Assembly (NCBI RefSeq): GCF_001194135.2
Contig: NC_068981.1
Coordinates: 66,450,404 to 66,513,882 of the forward strand
DNA length: 63,479 bases
Direction: 5' to 3'
Origin: Octopus bimaculoides
Lineage: Eukaryota
The notes beneath the pieces are model-generated. The model was given only the letters and a program-made list of their open reading frames with translations. It searched no databases and was not told where the DNA came from. Positions 1 to 13,108 of the stretch are shown one piece after another (within the stretch, counting starts at the first letter, position 1; every line of letters begins with the position of its first letter). The position numbers and the translations under genes were made by a program.

Positions 1-228
1 GGCACATAAAAGACACCATTTCGAGCGTGGCCGTTTTCGTGCGGGTGACACGTAAAAGCACCCACTACACTCTCTGAGTGGTTGGCGTTAGGAAGGGCAT
101 CCAGCTGTGGAAACTCTGCCAAATTAGACTGGAGCCTGGTGTTGCCATCCGGTTTCACCAGTCCTCAGTCAAATCGTCCAACCCATGCTAGCATGGAAAG
201 CGGACGTTGAACGATGATGATGATGATG
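1..228 (+). mobile_element. Young RTE-clade LINE 3' UTR with (GAT)n tail
   Basis: Near-identical to the reverse complement of about 58700-58925, which is attached to an RTE ORF end. Ends ...gcggacgttgaacgatgatgat. Confidence 0.85.
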
Positions 229-460
229 ATATATATATATACATATACGTGTGTGTGTCTTTGTGACTGTGTTTGTCCACCACTTCACAACTGGTGTTGA
301 TGTGTTTATATCCCTGTAACTTAGCAGTTCAGCAAAGTAAATACCAGGTTTAACAAAAATAGGTCCTGGGGTCAATTCATTTGACTAAAAAAAAATTCTT
401 CATGGTGGTGCCCCAGCGTGGCCGCAGTCTAATGACTGATACAAGTAAAAGATAAAAGAA
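229..460 (+). mobile_element. 3' half of tRNA-head SINE (family A)
   Basis: Matches the 3' half of full copies at 16306-16720 and 48425-48909. Confidence 0.75.
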
Positions 461-1304
461 AAAAGGTTTTTGTTTGTGTGTGTGCGCGCGCGCGCACACA
501 TGTGTTTTATGAAAGCCACAAAACTAGAAGTTAGAAACAGGAGAGTGAGAACAGAAACCAGATGGGAACAACAGTTTGTATTTTTGTTTTGTATCTCAAT
601 ATTTCAGATTTTAAAATCCTTTATTAGAAGAAAATGGAGGACAGGCTTAGTAACTGTAGACATTCTAGGATGAGGATAATGTATGGAGAGGGTAGGGTAA
701 GTGAGATGGTGTGCTACATGTGCAATCTAAAATGGTGGGAGTGAGCAAACTGTTGTTCTGCTTTTCATTTGTTTTCACTCCTCTGTTTCCAACTTGCATT
801 GGGTAGCTTTCTAAAAGAATTTTAGAATTTTTTCACAGCTATGCTATTCTATTTCTTTAACTTATGTAAAGAGAAACCTCAGATGGCTACGGCAATGTAG
901 GAATGCTGCCTTCAGATACAAATGTCTTTCTTTTTATTTTGCTGTGAATTTTAAACTATTTTTCTTCAATTTTTCCTATGTGAATTTTAATAATATACAT
1001 TAAAAAAAAAAAGAAAAAGCAAGCCATTATATATTTTTTTTTAATCGACTTTGTCATACCTTCATTTTTATAAGCGTGATGGAACCGGTAATCAAACAAA
1101 ATGCTTTGCAGTATTTATATTAAGCTAAGGCTTTTCATGTCCTGCCTTTTCATGTCCCAAATTTTGGTATGGTCAACTTCACTTCTCACAAAATTTAAGG
1201 CCTTGTGCATTTGTTAGAAATAATTATTACAGGTTTCTCTTATTCTTCATCCCTTGCCTTCTGTCCAACCTGTTCTTTCTTTACCTTTATTTCAAAAACA
1301 TTTC

Positions 1305-1349
<45 letters not shown>

Positions 1350-2781
1350 ATTTTCTAGGCTTTGTCCTGTTTGAGTGAAATGGTGATTATATCAGCATGA
1401 CTGATAACTCTGCACTTTCAAAAGAACCAAAGGATAAAGAAAATCCTTTACTTAATAAAGCAGGTAAGGATTGGCAACAGGAAAAGCAAGCTGTAAAATT
1501 ATATATATGAGAGAGAGGGAGATAAACAGAGAAAGATGCAAAGACAAGGGGGGATAAACAAAGAAGGGAAAAAAGTTGGAGTTACAAACCCATATATACA
1601 GGCTTCAAACATAAAATATTCTAACACGAGTTTATAATCCTGTTTAGTTTGCATCCATTCTCTTCTAATACAAGAGAATTTGGCAATATTTGGTTTTGTA
1701 TATGGTAAAGTAAACAAAAACATATCTACATATATATTCACACAGAGTCCAACCCATGTTGGCATGGAAAACATGATAATACACACACACACACACATAC
1801 ATGAAAGACATTCTCTCCCTAGAAGCTTAAATAGTTTCTAACAAAGAGTCTCTTATGTTAGAGTTAGCATAAGGGTTGAATGTCATATTCAAAGTCATCT
1901 CCTGTGTGCATTTGTTGTTACATAGCTGCAATGTCAACTATTAGTCACATTTTTCCTTGAAGGAGTCCGTAACCACCCAACATTTTATCAGCTAAGAACA
2001 GATTTTCATGAATGCATGAAAATCCCATGACATTACTGAAACTGGAGAAAAACTAATAAACAGGACAAGACTCATTTCAACTCCCTTAAGACCTCATAGA
2101 CATGAAAGAGTATATTAAAGAAAAAATGTTTAATCTTCCATAATCTCCATATGATCTTATGAGCTGATAATTAGGATTAAGTGAATGAAAGACAAATTTT
2201 CTCTTTGATACATTACAAATCAAGATGGATTCCCTGTTGGTCTCGACTACACACACTCACTTGTTAGACCAACCAAATTCCTACTCTTGAAATTAACATG
2301 TGCTTGATATTCCACAGAGAAATCTAACCATAATATAATTCTCAAGCTGAATCAACATGACACAATGTGACAAGACCAAGCCTTTGAATTTGTAGGTACA
2401 ATCTAGAGAGAAACAGAAACAGAGAAGAGCAATAGATTGGTACTTTATCAATCCCCACCAAATGCTAATTAGCAAAGTTGACTTTGGCAGAGAACCAAAG
2501 CCAATAATCTAAAGATTCTCCCAATTCGCTGCTGCTTTGCAAGTATATTCACAAGAATGTGAAAAACCTAAACTGAAGAGCTGAATGGAGTAAAGCTTAG
2601 ATTATATGGACAGTCCAAATAGAATGTGAAATACTGACAATGAACTTTGATTATTCCATTTTTACTTTTAGGCAATGTCTGTATTTTTTCTTTTATTCTT
2701 TTACTTCTTTCAGTCATTTGACTATGGCCATGCTAGAGCACCACCTTAAGAGGTTTTTGTCAAACAAATCAACCCCGGGAC

Positions 2782-2920
2782 TTATTCTTTGTAATTATTT
2801 ACATTATTGACATTTGATGGATATTTGTCCTCATCTTGTTTGTTGTTAACACGTTTCGGCTGATGTACCCTCCAGCCTTCATCAGGTGTCTTGGGGAAAT
2901 TTCGAACCAGGGTTCTCATA
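2782..2920 (-). mobile_element. Penelope-like terminal repeat fragment with a hammerhead-like motif
   Basis: Minus strand GACAC CTGATGA a GGCTG gagggtacat CAGCC GAAA CGTGTT. Same family as 36461-36705, but 3 nt are missing at the predicted cleavage region. Confidence 0.6.
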
Positions 2921-3687
2921 TTTCTCCTATTGATTAAAAGCATACAACATACAAGGACAAAAGGAATCATCAGACTACTTTTTAGCATCCTAACTTGTTA
3001 AAGTTCGAGTTTAAAGGCTATAGCTACTCCTTTAAGAAGTACAAGACAAAATTGTTTTTTTTAAAAAGAGTCTGCTTTTATCAAAAGTTTATACTCAAAA
3101 GAATATACAAAATGTAAACTATAAAAATACTATAAAAGAAAATCATGTATATTTTTGTTTATCAGCTGAGAAATCTAAAGTTCATCAAAGAAAGTTGAAA
3201 GACTGAACACCTAAAGCAACTTAACAAATTCTTTTAAAATTTTAAGAATTGTTTGAATATAATATTTAAGTGGATGTAACACAAAAAACTATATTCAATG
3301 AAAATAATATAGGATTGAAAAATTGTATTCTTACAAAATTTAGAATAGAAACATTGTTCTAAAGAATGCAAAATAGGTTAATTAAAATTTCAAGTCTCAA
3401 ATTTTCTAACACTTATATGTTTATAAGCCTATAATGCTTTTATCAGATCCTTTTTAACAGAAGCCCTTAAACTTGATTTGACTGTTTTGGATGGAGAAAA
3501 AGCCACTGGATGTTAAATGATAATGATGATGACAATGATGACTTCTGTAATCCAATAATTACTTCCAACTAACTCCACAACTGTAATTGTACTACCCCAT
3601 AGAAATATCACCAAATGTCCATCAAATCATACCATCAAACTTTAAATAAAAAAGATGTAAGAACACATGGACAATGTAGTCACAGGT

Positions 3688-4170
3688 CATCATCATCATC
3701 ATTGTCGCTTAACATCCGCTTTCCATGCTGGCATGGGTTGGATGGTTTGACTGAGGGCTGGCAAGCCAGAAGACTGCACCAGGCTCCAATCTGATCTGGC
3801 AAAGTTTCTACAGCTGGATGCCCTTCCTAACTCCAACCACTCCAAGAGTGTAGTGGATGCTTTTTACGTGCCACCAGCATGAGAGCCAGTCAAGCAGTAT
3901 TGGCATCAACCACACTTGAATGGTACTTTCTACATCCCACTGGCACGGGAGCCAGTCAGGCGGCACTGGCAACGACCACACTTGAACGGTGCTTTTTACG
4001 TGCCACCGGCATGGGACCAGTTAGATGGCACTGGTGTCAAGCACACTTGGATGGTGCTTTTTATGTGCCGCGGCACAGGAGCCATTAAGGGAGCACTGGC
4101 AATGATCACGCTCGAATGGTGCTTTTTACATGCTACCAGCACGGGATCAGTCAGGCGGCACTGGCATAGA
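3688..4170 (-). mobile_element. Older RTE 3' UTR copy with a five-unit ~65-nt tandem array
   Basis: (CAT)n tail and RTE-tail sequence, followed by repeated units gcttttacgtgcca...gccagt...actggc...gaatggt. Confidence 0.8.
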
Positions 4171-7100
4171 CAAATGTAACGGTCATGCCTGGAATGTTTC
4201 TATTCACAGGCCTGTTCGTGCAGGGTTCACTTGGGACTAAATGAATTTAACTATGGAAAGCATGTAATGTGCAATAGCTACAATGACCTGTGCAAAAAGT
4301 TCCCAACCTAGTTGATATGTGTTCAGTGTGTAGCTATCAGAGAGAAATAAAAGCAGAGACTTATAAACATCATTAAAATACATTATCAAACTTGCATTAA
4401 AAAATAAAAGCAAAAATAAATAAAGTCCCACAGAGTTCTGATTTCCTTTACTTTATATGCATAACCTTTGACATTTTTATGTATCAGTTTCAAATCATTG
4501 GTGTTTCTATGTATTTTACAGTTATTACATCAAGTAATCATGACTCCACTGCAATGTAGGAGTAATGGGTGAACAGCTTTCAGCTAGGCTAATGGAGACC
4601 TATGTAATAACAAAAGTGGGTGTGTTGATGAAAATAAAGCCATTGAAAATTACAAAGTGCAAATAGTCATTTTTGCTTTAGTCACAGGTCATCCCTGACT
4701 GACAAAGCAAAGGAGTTCTAACTATGACTGTCTCATCTGTTTTTCAAGATGGTGTGCAACACAGTTGTATGATCTATATATAAGGTAAAATATGACTTGA
4801 ACATTCGGTTGCTATTTCTAGCAAGATGAACAACTGCATAGATGCTGCACTGTTGGTTTGTAGAGTATAAAGTCAATAAGGTAGGTAACTGGTTACAAGT
4901 GGTGCATTGTGTTTCTGGTGAAGACAACTGTCAATGCCCAACACTATTTACCTGTATATAGTTACTGTAGAAAATTACTGTTCAAACACTGTAGCCTACA
5001 GAGAGCAATGTACAACCAACGAGAATTTTACTTGCTTGTAATTCTCAATCAGCAAGTTCCAAAGTGAGAACAATGAGAAGAAATGGCATGCAATGGCATT
5101 TTAGCTATAATGGCACAAGCTGAAATGACTTTGACCGAAAAACCAACATTATATAGTTTTAGCAATGCAAGAAGCCTACCTCTTGCTCTTGAATTATTAA
5201 ACACAGATGAAATCTTCAAGTGGTAAATGAAACATGAGAATCCAAAGAAATTAATGATGTTTTGTATTGGCAAATAGTCAAATATGAAAAAAAAGTTTGC
5301 AAAGTGGAATAAATTAACCATGAAGAGGAGGAGAAGTAAAATGTTTTAGGTAAAACACTTAATCAGAGAGAGTGGGGAGGGGGGAATGTTTACTGGTAGT
5401 TCTGGATAAACTGATAATAACTCAACAACTCAATAGATTTCAGGATAATAAAATATGGTGAAGTGGTCCCCCGCTCCTTTAATTGTTTTTATATTTTACC
5501 ACTCAGATGTTGTTATTCATAGAAATGTTGATAAATGGGCTTATGTGGCTTGCTTTAAGTTAAAATGTGAATACATAAACCTAATTCTCAGTCTCCCAGT
5601 ATTTTGTAACAATTCAATCATACAAATTCCATAGATATAATTACTGTGATAACTTTGAAGTAAAACATAAGGTTTCTTAGCTGACTTGTTATGATATGCT
5701 ATACAGTTAGCCATTAGAGATATATCTTAATTCATACACAGCAGTTATAGAGTATCATGATATATGACATCATTATCTACTGTAGAAAAAGAAAAAAATA
5801 TTATTATATTAAATACAAAAAGGAGAGTACTTTCAGTAATAATTTTGTTAATTTTGTCCTTAATAACACTGGTTAGTAGAGTCAACAGTATATTGGGGCA
5901 AATGTCTTTCTGTTGGAGCTCAAATTCCATGTAGTGGCTACTATGATATTATGAAAGGAGACTAGAGAGAAGGAAAGAGAAAGGATAAACTGTATTTAAA
6001 AAGAGGAGGAGAGACAGACAGACAGACATATAGAGAGAAAGAGCAGTATAGAAAAAAGAATTGAGATAGACAGACAGGAGCAGATAGATAAATATCTATG
6101 CTTCATAGTTAAAGTAATGAAAGAAACTGCAAGTAAAAGGACTGTGAAGGAGGCATAGGAACAAAAACAGTGAAACCCACACATAAATATCATACATAAC
6201 AGAAACACAGGAAGGTGGGGAGAGGAAAGGAGACAGCTATTAACATTACAATGGATCACTGTTCTAAAAATGTAAGATTTACAGAAAAGAAAAAATGTTA
6301 TTTTTAAACAAACGTTTTTATTTTTTAAATTAACAGTTTACATTAAAAGGAATGGCAGTTATTGGCAACATTCATTGTGGTGCATGCATGCACACTTCTT
6401 ACCAGCAATAAGTAAGGGTTCTTGTAGATAATAGACTGAGACTTGTTTGTTTGTGTGTGCGTATAAATATATGCACACATACATACACTGAAACATGGTT
6501 GGTGCTGGGAAGGGTAACCAATTGTAGAAACTAAAACGAAATGCAAGATGAGGTCAATTAACCAGCAGTAACCCTAGAATATGCACTGAATCCTACAATA
6601 GCAACCTGTCCAACTCATGCTAGCATGGCAACTGGGCATAAAGCAATGATGATGAATACACACACACAAGCACAGTAAAAGCTGCTTATGGTGATCACTT
6701 TGGGATGAAACTTTTTCAAAAACAATAACTAACATTAACATAAAGCAGAGGATGTAACAATATCTGGGCCCTTGACTGTAATAAGCAAATAATTTTGAAT
6801 AGTTTGGACACCTACTAATTTTGAAAACTTTCTGAGTACATTATTCAGCTTATAATAAACTGCTTTGTTGTGTGTATATGATATATACACACAAAACAAG
6901 CCAACCAAACTTAACACACAACTATCTCCCTGCCTAGCACTAACATATGATTCCACCACCACCACTATACACTTACCATACCTCAACTTTAGTTTTGATC
7001 TCACTAGTGATTATAGTGGTTGTGCAGCAGTTTACTTTGGAAATTTTGATAACTATATCCAATATTTTGACAAACAAGCATATACTTTCACTGCCATAAA

Positions 7101-7176
7101 CCAAGGTAAACAGTAAACAGACAACTGCATAAACTGGGCACATGCTCCATACTGTTATCTTCAGGACGATGTAAGT

Positions 7177-7440
7177 CAGTGATTCTCAACCAGTATACAT
7201 AACACCTTGGGTCCATATGAGATTGGGGGAGGGGCTCCACACGAGCAAAATAGGAAATTGGGTCCACAGTAGTATTTTACAGGGCCACGAAAATATTTTG
7301 CCTTAAATGTTTATTGCAAGAAACAGCTAGGTTTCTTTCTCTGACGTTTTGCATAGTTCAACCTACACAAGTTAATGTGGGAAAAACAAAATCAGAATTT
7401 TGAAAGAACTATCTATACAAATAGTTTTTTTAAAAATCAA
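7177..7440. mobile_element. hAT (Charlie-like) MITE fragment
   Basis: Begins CAGTGATTCTCAACC, a typical hAT TIR. The other terminus was not identified. Confidence 0.45.
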
Positions 7441-7442
7441 AT

Positions 7443-7985
7443 GGTGTGGCTATGTGGGAAGAAGCTTGCTTCCTAACCACATGGTTCCAGGTTCAGTCCC
7501 ACTGTGTGGCACCTTGGGCAAGTGTCTTCTACTAGAGCTTCAGGCCAACCAAAGCCCTTGGGAGTGGATTTGGTAGATGGAAACTGAAAGAAGCCTGATG
7601 TATATATGTGTGTGTGTGTATCTTTGACCCCCACCACCACTTGACAACTAGTGTTGGTGTGTTTACATCCCTGGAACTTGACAGTTCAGCAAAAGAGACT
7701 GAAAGAATAAATCATCATTTAACATCCGTTTTCCATGCTGGCTTGGGTTGGACGGTCTGACAGAACTGGTAAGCCGGGGAGCTGCATCAGGTTCCAGTCT
7801 GATTTGCTATGGTTTCTATGGCTGGATGTCCTTCCTAATGTCAACCCCTCCAAGAGTGTAGTGGGTGCTTTTTACATGCCCACTACACTCTTGGAGTGGT
7901 TGGCGTTTTCATTCAACTAAAATTCTTTTAGGCAGTAGCCCAGTATGGCTGCAGTCTAATGACCGAAACAAGTAAAAGATAGAAG
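7443..7985 (+). mobile_element. tRNA-head SINE (family A) interrupted by an RTE-tail insert (about 7713-7910, minus)
   Basis: A-box-like TGGCTATGTGG, B-box-like GGTTCAGTCC, central (TA)/(TG) tract, family A 3' half split at gaataa|atcatcatttaac. Confidence 0.8.
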
Positions 7986-8905
7986 AATATATATATATTT
8001 CACTTATCTTCATTATGTATAAGATAATGATGTGAAATTTCACTATACTTAAGTGGGTAAAATGACGCAGCAATCTCTGGAGTGATCTGCAGTACTAATA
8101 CGATAAGTAGCAATCTCCACAAAGATCAGTCATTAGTCAAGCAGGCCATACATAATACAGAATTATAAAGACACACACAACTATCCATCCACACAAACAT
8201 TTTCTTTTTGTCTTCCAATATCTATATTGGTGAAATTATTAGTTCTGTGTCTACAAAGCCTGACATCAGGTGGACTGTTGTAAACTTGCAGCCAATTCAG
8301 CTCAAGTAAAAGCAAATACTCTAGTGCATTTCTCCTCTTAACAAAGCTACTAATTAACAATTAACTTCCATCACATATCTTGTTAAACAACTATTGTTTC
8401 AATATGGTTTTTGGTTGTGTACTACTTAAACTCAATACCTGGAATTTAAAGTAGTCAATGATTACACTGATACACAACTACAGAATTTTTCTACAGAGCA
8501 GTAGTTATTAACAAAATGGGAATTATTCCATTGCTCTCCTTAACCACCTACTGCAGGAGTAGCTAAAATCACAGAAAGAGCAAAGAGAAAATAAAAAGTA
8601 ACCATGAGGGCATTCCTAAACAGATGTTTGATTTACTGCTTACACCTTTCATATTCAATGTTGCTAAAAATAAGAGTTAAAATAACTCAAAAGCCACAAA
8701 AGCACTGAACAAAGGGAGGTAAGTCCCCAGCTTACATAGTTGGATCGCAATTTCGGATTTTGGTATAGACCATATTAATCCTCATCAGCAACTCTTAATG
8801 CCTAGGATTAAATACTTAACTACCTCTGTCAATCTTATAACAAAAACTATTAAAAACATATGATTTTCAAACGGTAAAATTGTAAACAACAAGTTAAAAA
8901 GATAC

Positions 8906-8907
<2 letters not shown>

Positions 8908-8973
<66 letters not shown>

Positions 8974-8991
8974 NNNNNNNNNNNNNNNNNN

Positions 8992-9040
<49 letters not shown>
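8908..9040. repeat. (TG)n and (TA)n microsatellites flanking an N gap
   Basis: Directly visible. Confidence 0.95.
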
Positions 9041-9042
<2 letters not shown>

Positions 9043-9272
9043 GCATGTGTATGTGTGTCTGTATTTGTCTTCCCGTCATCGCTTGACAACCAGTGCTGGT
9101 GTATTTATGTCCCTGTAACTTAGCAGTTTGGTAAAGGGGACTGATAGAATAAGCACTAGGCTTACACAGAATAAGTCTTGGGGTCAATTTCCTCAACTAA
9201 AACCCTTCAAGGTAGTGCTCCAGCACGGCCACAATCAAATAACTGAAACAAGTAAAAGAATAAAAGAATATC
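9041..9272 (+). mobile_element. SINE family A 3' half
   Basis: Matches the family A 3' module ending gaaacaagtaaaagaataaaaga. Confidence 0.7.
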
Positions 9273-9652
9273 CACTTTTCCATGCCTGCATGGGTCAGAT
9301 AGAATTTGTTGAGGTAGACTTTCTATGGCTAGATGTCCAACCCGTCACCAACTTTCACCCATTTCCAAACAAGTTAATATTTTTCCATGGCTAGACATTT
9401 TTCTTACAAAAGATTTGCAATAAACAACTTCACTTGTATAATGATGATGTTCATTTATTACCATCACATGATGTCTAAGCAAGAGTATGCACAAAGACAT
9501 ACATATACATACATGACAGGCTTCTTTTAGTTTCTGTATACTAAATTCACTCACAAAACTTTGGTTGGCCCTGGGCTTATAGTAGAAAACATTTGCTCAA
9601 GGTGCCACATGATTGGGAAGAAAACTTCTTTATCATACAGCCACTCCTGCAC
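9272..9652 (-). mobile_element. SINE family B (same tRNA head, different 3' module with RTE-like tail)
   Basis: Head at about 9652-9500 as in family A, then a distinct body ending ...gcatggaaaagtgg. The same layout occurs at 35430-36125, 52620-53020 and 60965-61370. Confidence 0.6.
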
Positions 9653-10029
9653 CTATTGTTAGATATTGTAGCTATTTTCCAATAGTCATTGGAAAATGAT
9701 AGTGTCTCAAGAAATCCATCAAGATTTAAAAGCCCTGGTGAAGCTTTTTGATCAGGTGCTTATTCCAGACAGCTCGGTGGATAGAAGAAATGTAAAGTGG
9801 TCTGCTCATAAATAATGACGTGACTGGAGTGGGTTTGAAGTCAAGAATGTAAGCAAATATCCCAACACTTCATTCAAACAACCATCTGTCTATATTAAAA
9901 TCTTATAAGAGGAAAGATGTACTTAACATTGAGGCATCGCTCTAAAGATTTTCTTATAGTTTTCAATTTTAATTTATATGTTACTTTCCTCCTCAATTCA
10001 AGGGTCTTATTGGTTCCTTGGTAACTTCA

Positions 10030-10225
10030 CTAGCGCCAGTAGCAGGTAAAAACTTACCCAGTATGCTCTGTAAAGCTGTTGGTGTTAGGAAGGGCATCCA
10101 GCCAGAGAAACCATGCCAAAGCAGATATTGGAGCTTCACTCAATCCTCTGGTTTGCCAGCCCCTGTTGAACCAACTAACCTATGCCAGCATGGAAAGCAG
10201 ACAGATGATGAAGATGATGAAAAAG
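10030..10225 (+). mobile_element. Older RTE-tail fragment
   Basis: ttggtgttaggaagggcatccagc...gcatggaaagcagac...gatgatga. Confidence 0.7.
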
Positions 10226-11721
10226 AAAGAATTCAGTACTCACAATATTTACAATATTGTACTCACAATATAATCCCAGGAGGGATTAAAAATTGCAGTA
10301 TATCAAAACACTGACTGATATTTAAGTCACAAGACTATCTAACCAACAGTCCTAATAATTAATCTTAACCAGTAAGACCATTGTGTTATACCTCTGAACA
10401 ACGCCCTTAATTCTGCTAACTCTAGCTTACCTAAATGACTAATACAGGTTCTGCTCCTCCTCCCTGGTTGAATGATCAGTAATAGAAAACATATCTAGTT
10501 GCAACAATTAATTTTCCCCTCACATAAGCACATACATGCACAAAAACCTGACTAATAACAGTATGGAGAAAATGGGTGTAAAACATTATAAAAAGTAGAA
10601 AAGAAAATTTGGGTTGATAACAGTTAAACATACATATAAAAACTAAGCCAACAAAGAAGCTTCTATGTTGTCAGTTAGTCTGCTAAAATTAGCACTCAAA
10701 TCAGACATCCTAGTGTATCAAAAATAAGACAATGGCTAATGCAGTTCTATATCTGAGAAAGAAAAGGAAAAAAGAGACAATTATGGTTGGAATAACTTTG
10801 TTCATAGGTCTGCTTCATCAGAACTGATTTAGGACTAAACAATATATGTCTAAGTTCACAAGTGATTGTCACTACTAAAGTCACCAATGTATGATAGAGG
10901 TCTTCATATGTAACATAGTGATAAAGTGAAGTGAAAAGCAGATTAACTAAGACTCTCCATGCAATTAAAAAACAAAAAGGTTCCTCTAAAGGTGTTTAAC
11001 TCTAGCATTCAGATTACTGTCAAATGTTTTGAATTAATTATGCAATATCTCTCCACCCTGAAGACGGAGGCTGAGGTTATGGTAATGTCTATATGCATCC
11101 ACTACAGTTTGCATATTCTTGACTTTTTGCACACTCCATCAACCAATATCACAACTATTATGTAATCTCAAGCCTTCAGAAACAGCTGTCAGACCCGAAG
11201 TATCATGTCCTCCCACAAATAACATAAGAACAACAACTAAATATAATAGATTAAAGCCATTAGGTTTTGAATGCAATAAAAGAGTATATTCCATAATTGC
11301 TAGATTTGTAATGACTGATCTCAGAAATGCAAATTCATATTCATTAATTTGGCTATTAACTTTTCTTTTGTGTGTCAATCTGACACAGCATTTCAATTAA
11401 TTTATTTTCTTTGTTTTCAGTGCCACTGTTGTCATTATTATTTTACAACCAGTGTACCTGCTGGCATGAGTTGAAAGTAACCTCATGGTCTCAGTCAGTT
11501 ATTTGGAGTTATTGCCCTTCTAGACAGATCAAGAACCACTTCTCATTCATATGTTCCAGTTTTAGCATGGTTTCTATGACTTTCTAATGCCAACCACTCT
11601 ACAGAGCAGACTGAGTTCATTTATTGTAGCTCTAAAGCTAGAGATTGCCTTGCCCTTGATAAGAATAAAGGGTCCTCTTGCTTGCTATCTCCATTCATTT
11701 GCCACCCACTTTACAGTGCAT

Positions 11722-12090
11722 AATCATCATCATCATTTAACATCTGCTTTCCATGCTGGCAAGGGTTAGATGGTTGGACTGGAACTGGTAAGCCGCAAAG
11801 TTGCATCAGGTTCTAGTCTGATTTGGCATGGTCTTTATGGCTGGTTGCCCTTCCTAACACCAAACAATCCAAGAATGTAATGGGTGCCTTTTACATGCCA
11901 TTGGCATGAGTACCATTTACATGTCACTGGCAACAGCCACGACTATGTTTTCACGGGTGCAATTTACACGACACTGGCAATGGCCACAATTATGATATCA
12001 CTTGGCTTGATGAGTCTTCTCAAGCACAGCATATCGCCAACAGTCGCAGTCATTTGCCATCGCCTCCGTGGGCCATCACCTCTATGAAGT
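11722..12090 (-). mobile_element. Older RTE 3' UTR copy
   Basis: catcatcatttaacatctgctttccatgc...; diverged from the young subfamily. Confidence 0.7.
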
Positions 12091-12092
12091 AG

Positions 12093-13108
12093 TCATCATC
12101 ATCATCATCATCATCGTTTAACGTCCGCTTTCCATGCTAGCATGAGTTGGACGATTTGACTGAGGACTGGTGAAACCGGATGGCAACACCAGGCTCCAGT
12201 CTGATTTGGCAGAGTTTCTACAGCTGGATGCCCTTCCTAACGCCAACCACTCAGAGAGTGTAGTGGGTNNNNNNNNNNNNNNNNNNNNNNNNNNNNNNNN
12301 NNNNNNNNNNNNNNNNNNNNNNNNNNNNNNNNNNNNNNNNNNNNNNNNNNNNNNNNNNNNNNNNNNNNNNNNNNNNNNNNNNNNNNNNNNNNNNNNNNNN
12401 NNNNNNNNNNNNNNNNNNNNNNNNNNNNNNNNNNNNNNNNNNNNNNNNNNNNNNNNNNNNNNNNNNNNNNNNNNNNNNNNNNNNNNNNNNNNNNNNNNNN
12501 NNNNNNNNNNNNNNNNNNNNNNNNNNNNNNNNNNNNNNNNNNNNNNNNNNNNNNNNNNNNNNNNNNNNNNNNNNNNNNNNNNNNNNNNNNNNNNNNNNNN
12601 NNNNNNNNNNNNNNNNNNNNNNNNNNNNNNNNNNNNNNNNNNNNNNNNNNNNNNNNNNNNNNNNNNNNNNNNNNNNNNNNNNNNNNNNNNNNNNNNNNNN
12701 NNNNNNNNNNNNNNNNNNNNNNNNNNNNNNNNNNNNNNNNNNNNNNNNNNNNNNNNNNNNNNNNNNNNNNNNNNNNNNNNNNNNNNNNNNNNNNNNNNNN
12801 NNNNNNNGGCCTACCTCTTCCACGGGTTCCCTCAACTGTTAGGGTGTGGCACTTTTTCACGCAGCTATCCTCCTCCATTCTCACCACATGTCCATACCAG
12901 CGCAATCGTCTCTCTTGCACGCCACAACTGATGCTTCTAATGTTCAGCTTTTCTCTCAAGATACTTACACTCTGACGGGTATTCACATTGACATTACACA
13001 TCCAACGGAGCATACTGGCTTCATTCCTTGCGAGCTTACGTATGTCCTCAGCAGTTACAGCCCATGTTTCACTGCCATGTAGCATGGTTGTTCGTACGTG
13101 TGCATTTA
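12093..13108 (-). mobile_element. 5'-truncated young RTE LINE (ORF C-terminus plus 3' UTR, gap 12269-12807)
   Basis: ORF track: TTMLHGSETWAVTAEDIRKLARNEASMLRWMC...RLRWYGHVVRMEEDSCVKKC...GRGR, the typical RTE C-terminal region. (CAT)n tail at the left end. Confidence 0.9.

Noticed and set aside
3858-4170. Regularly spaced ~65-nt repeats resembling a CRISPR array
   Set aside because: Units are contiguous diverged tandem copies without unique spacers, they are part of a LINE 3' UTR, the context is eukaryotic, and there are no cas genes.
7165-7170. Plus-strand 6-nt microexon pattern (ttatcttcAG|GACGAT|GTAAGT)
   Set aside because: There is no evidence of a plus-strand gene, and the donor abuts a hAT TIR; such a short pattern is expected by chance in 63 kb.
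8894-9196. ORFs with YIYI/CVCV/THTH/ERER runs (also near 16.3, 24.3-24.8, 27.4, 35.6, 44.7, 48.5 and 53.7 kb)
   Set aside because: These are translations of microsatellites, SINE bodies or N gaps.
12170-12931. Long ORFs of 194-295 aa
   Set aside because: Their length comes from N runs translated as X; only the RTE C-terminal part is real.
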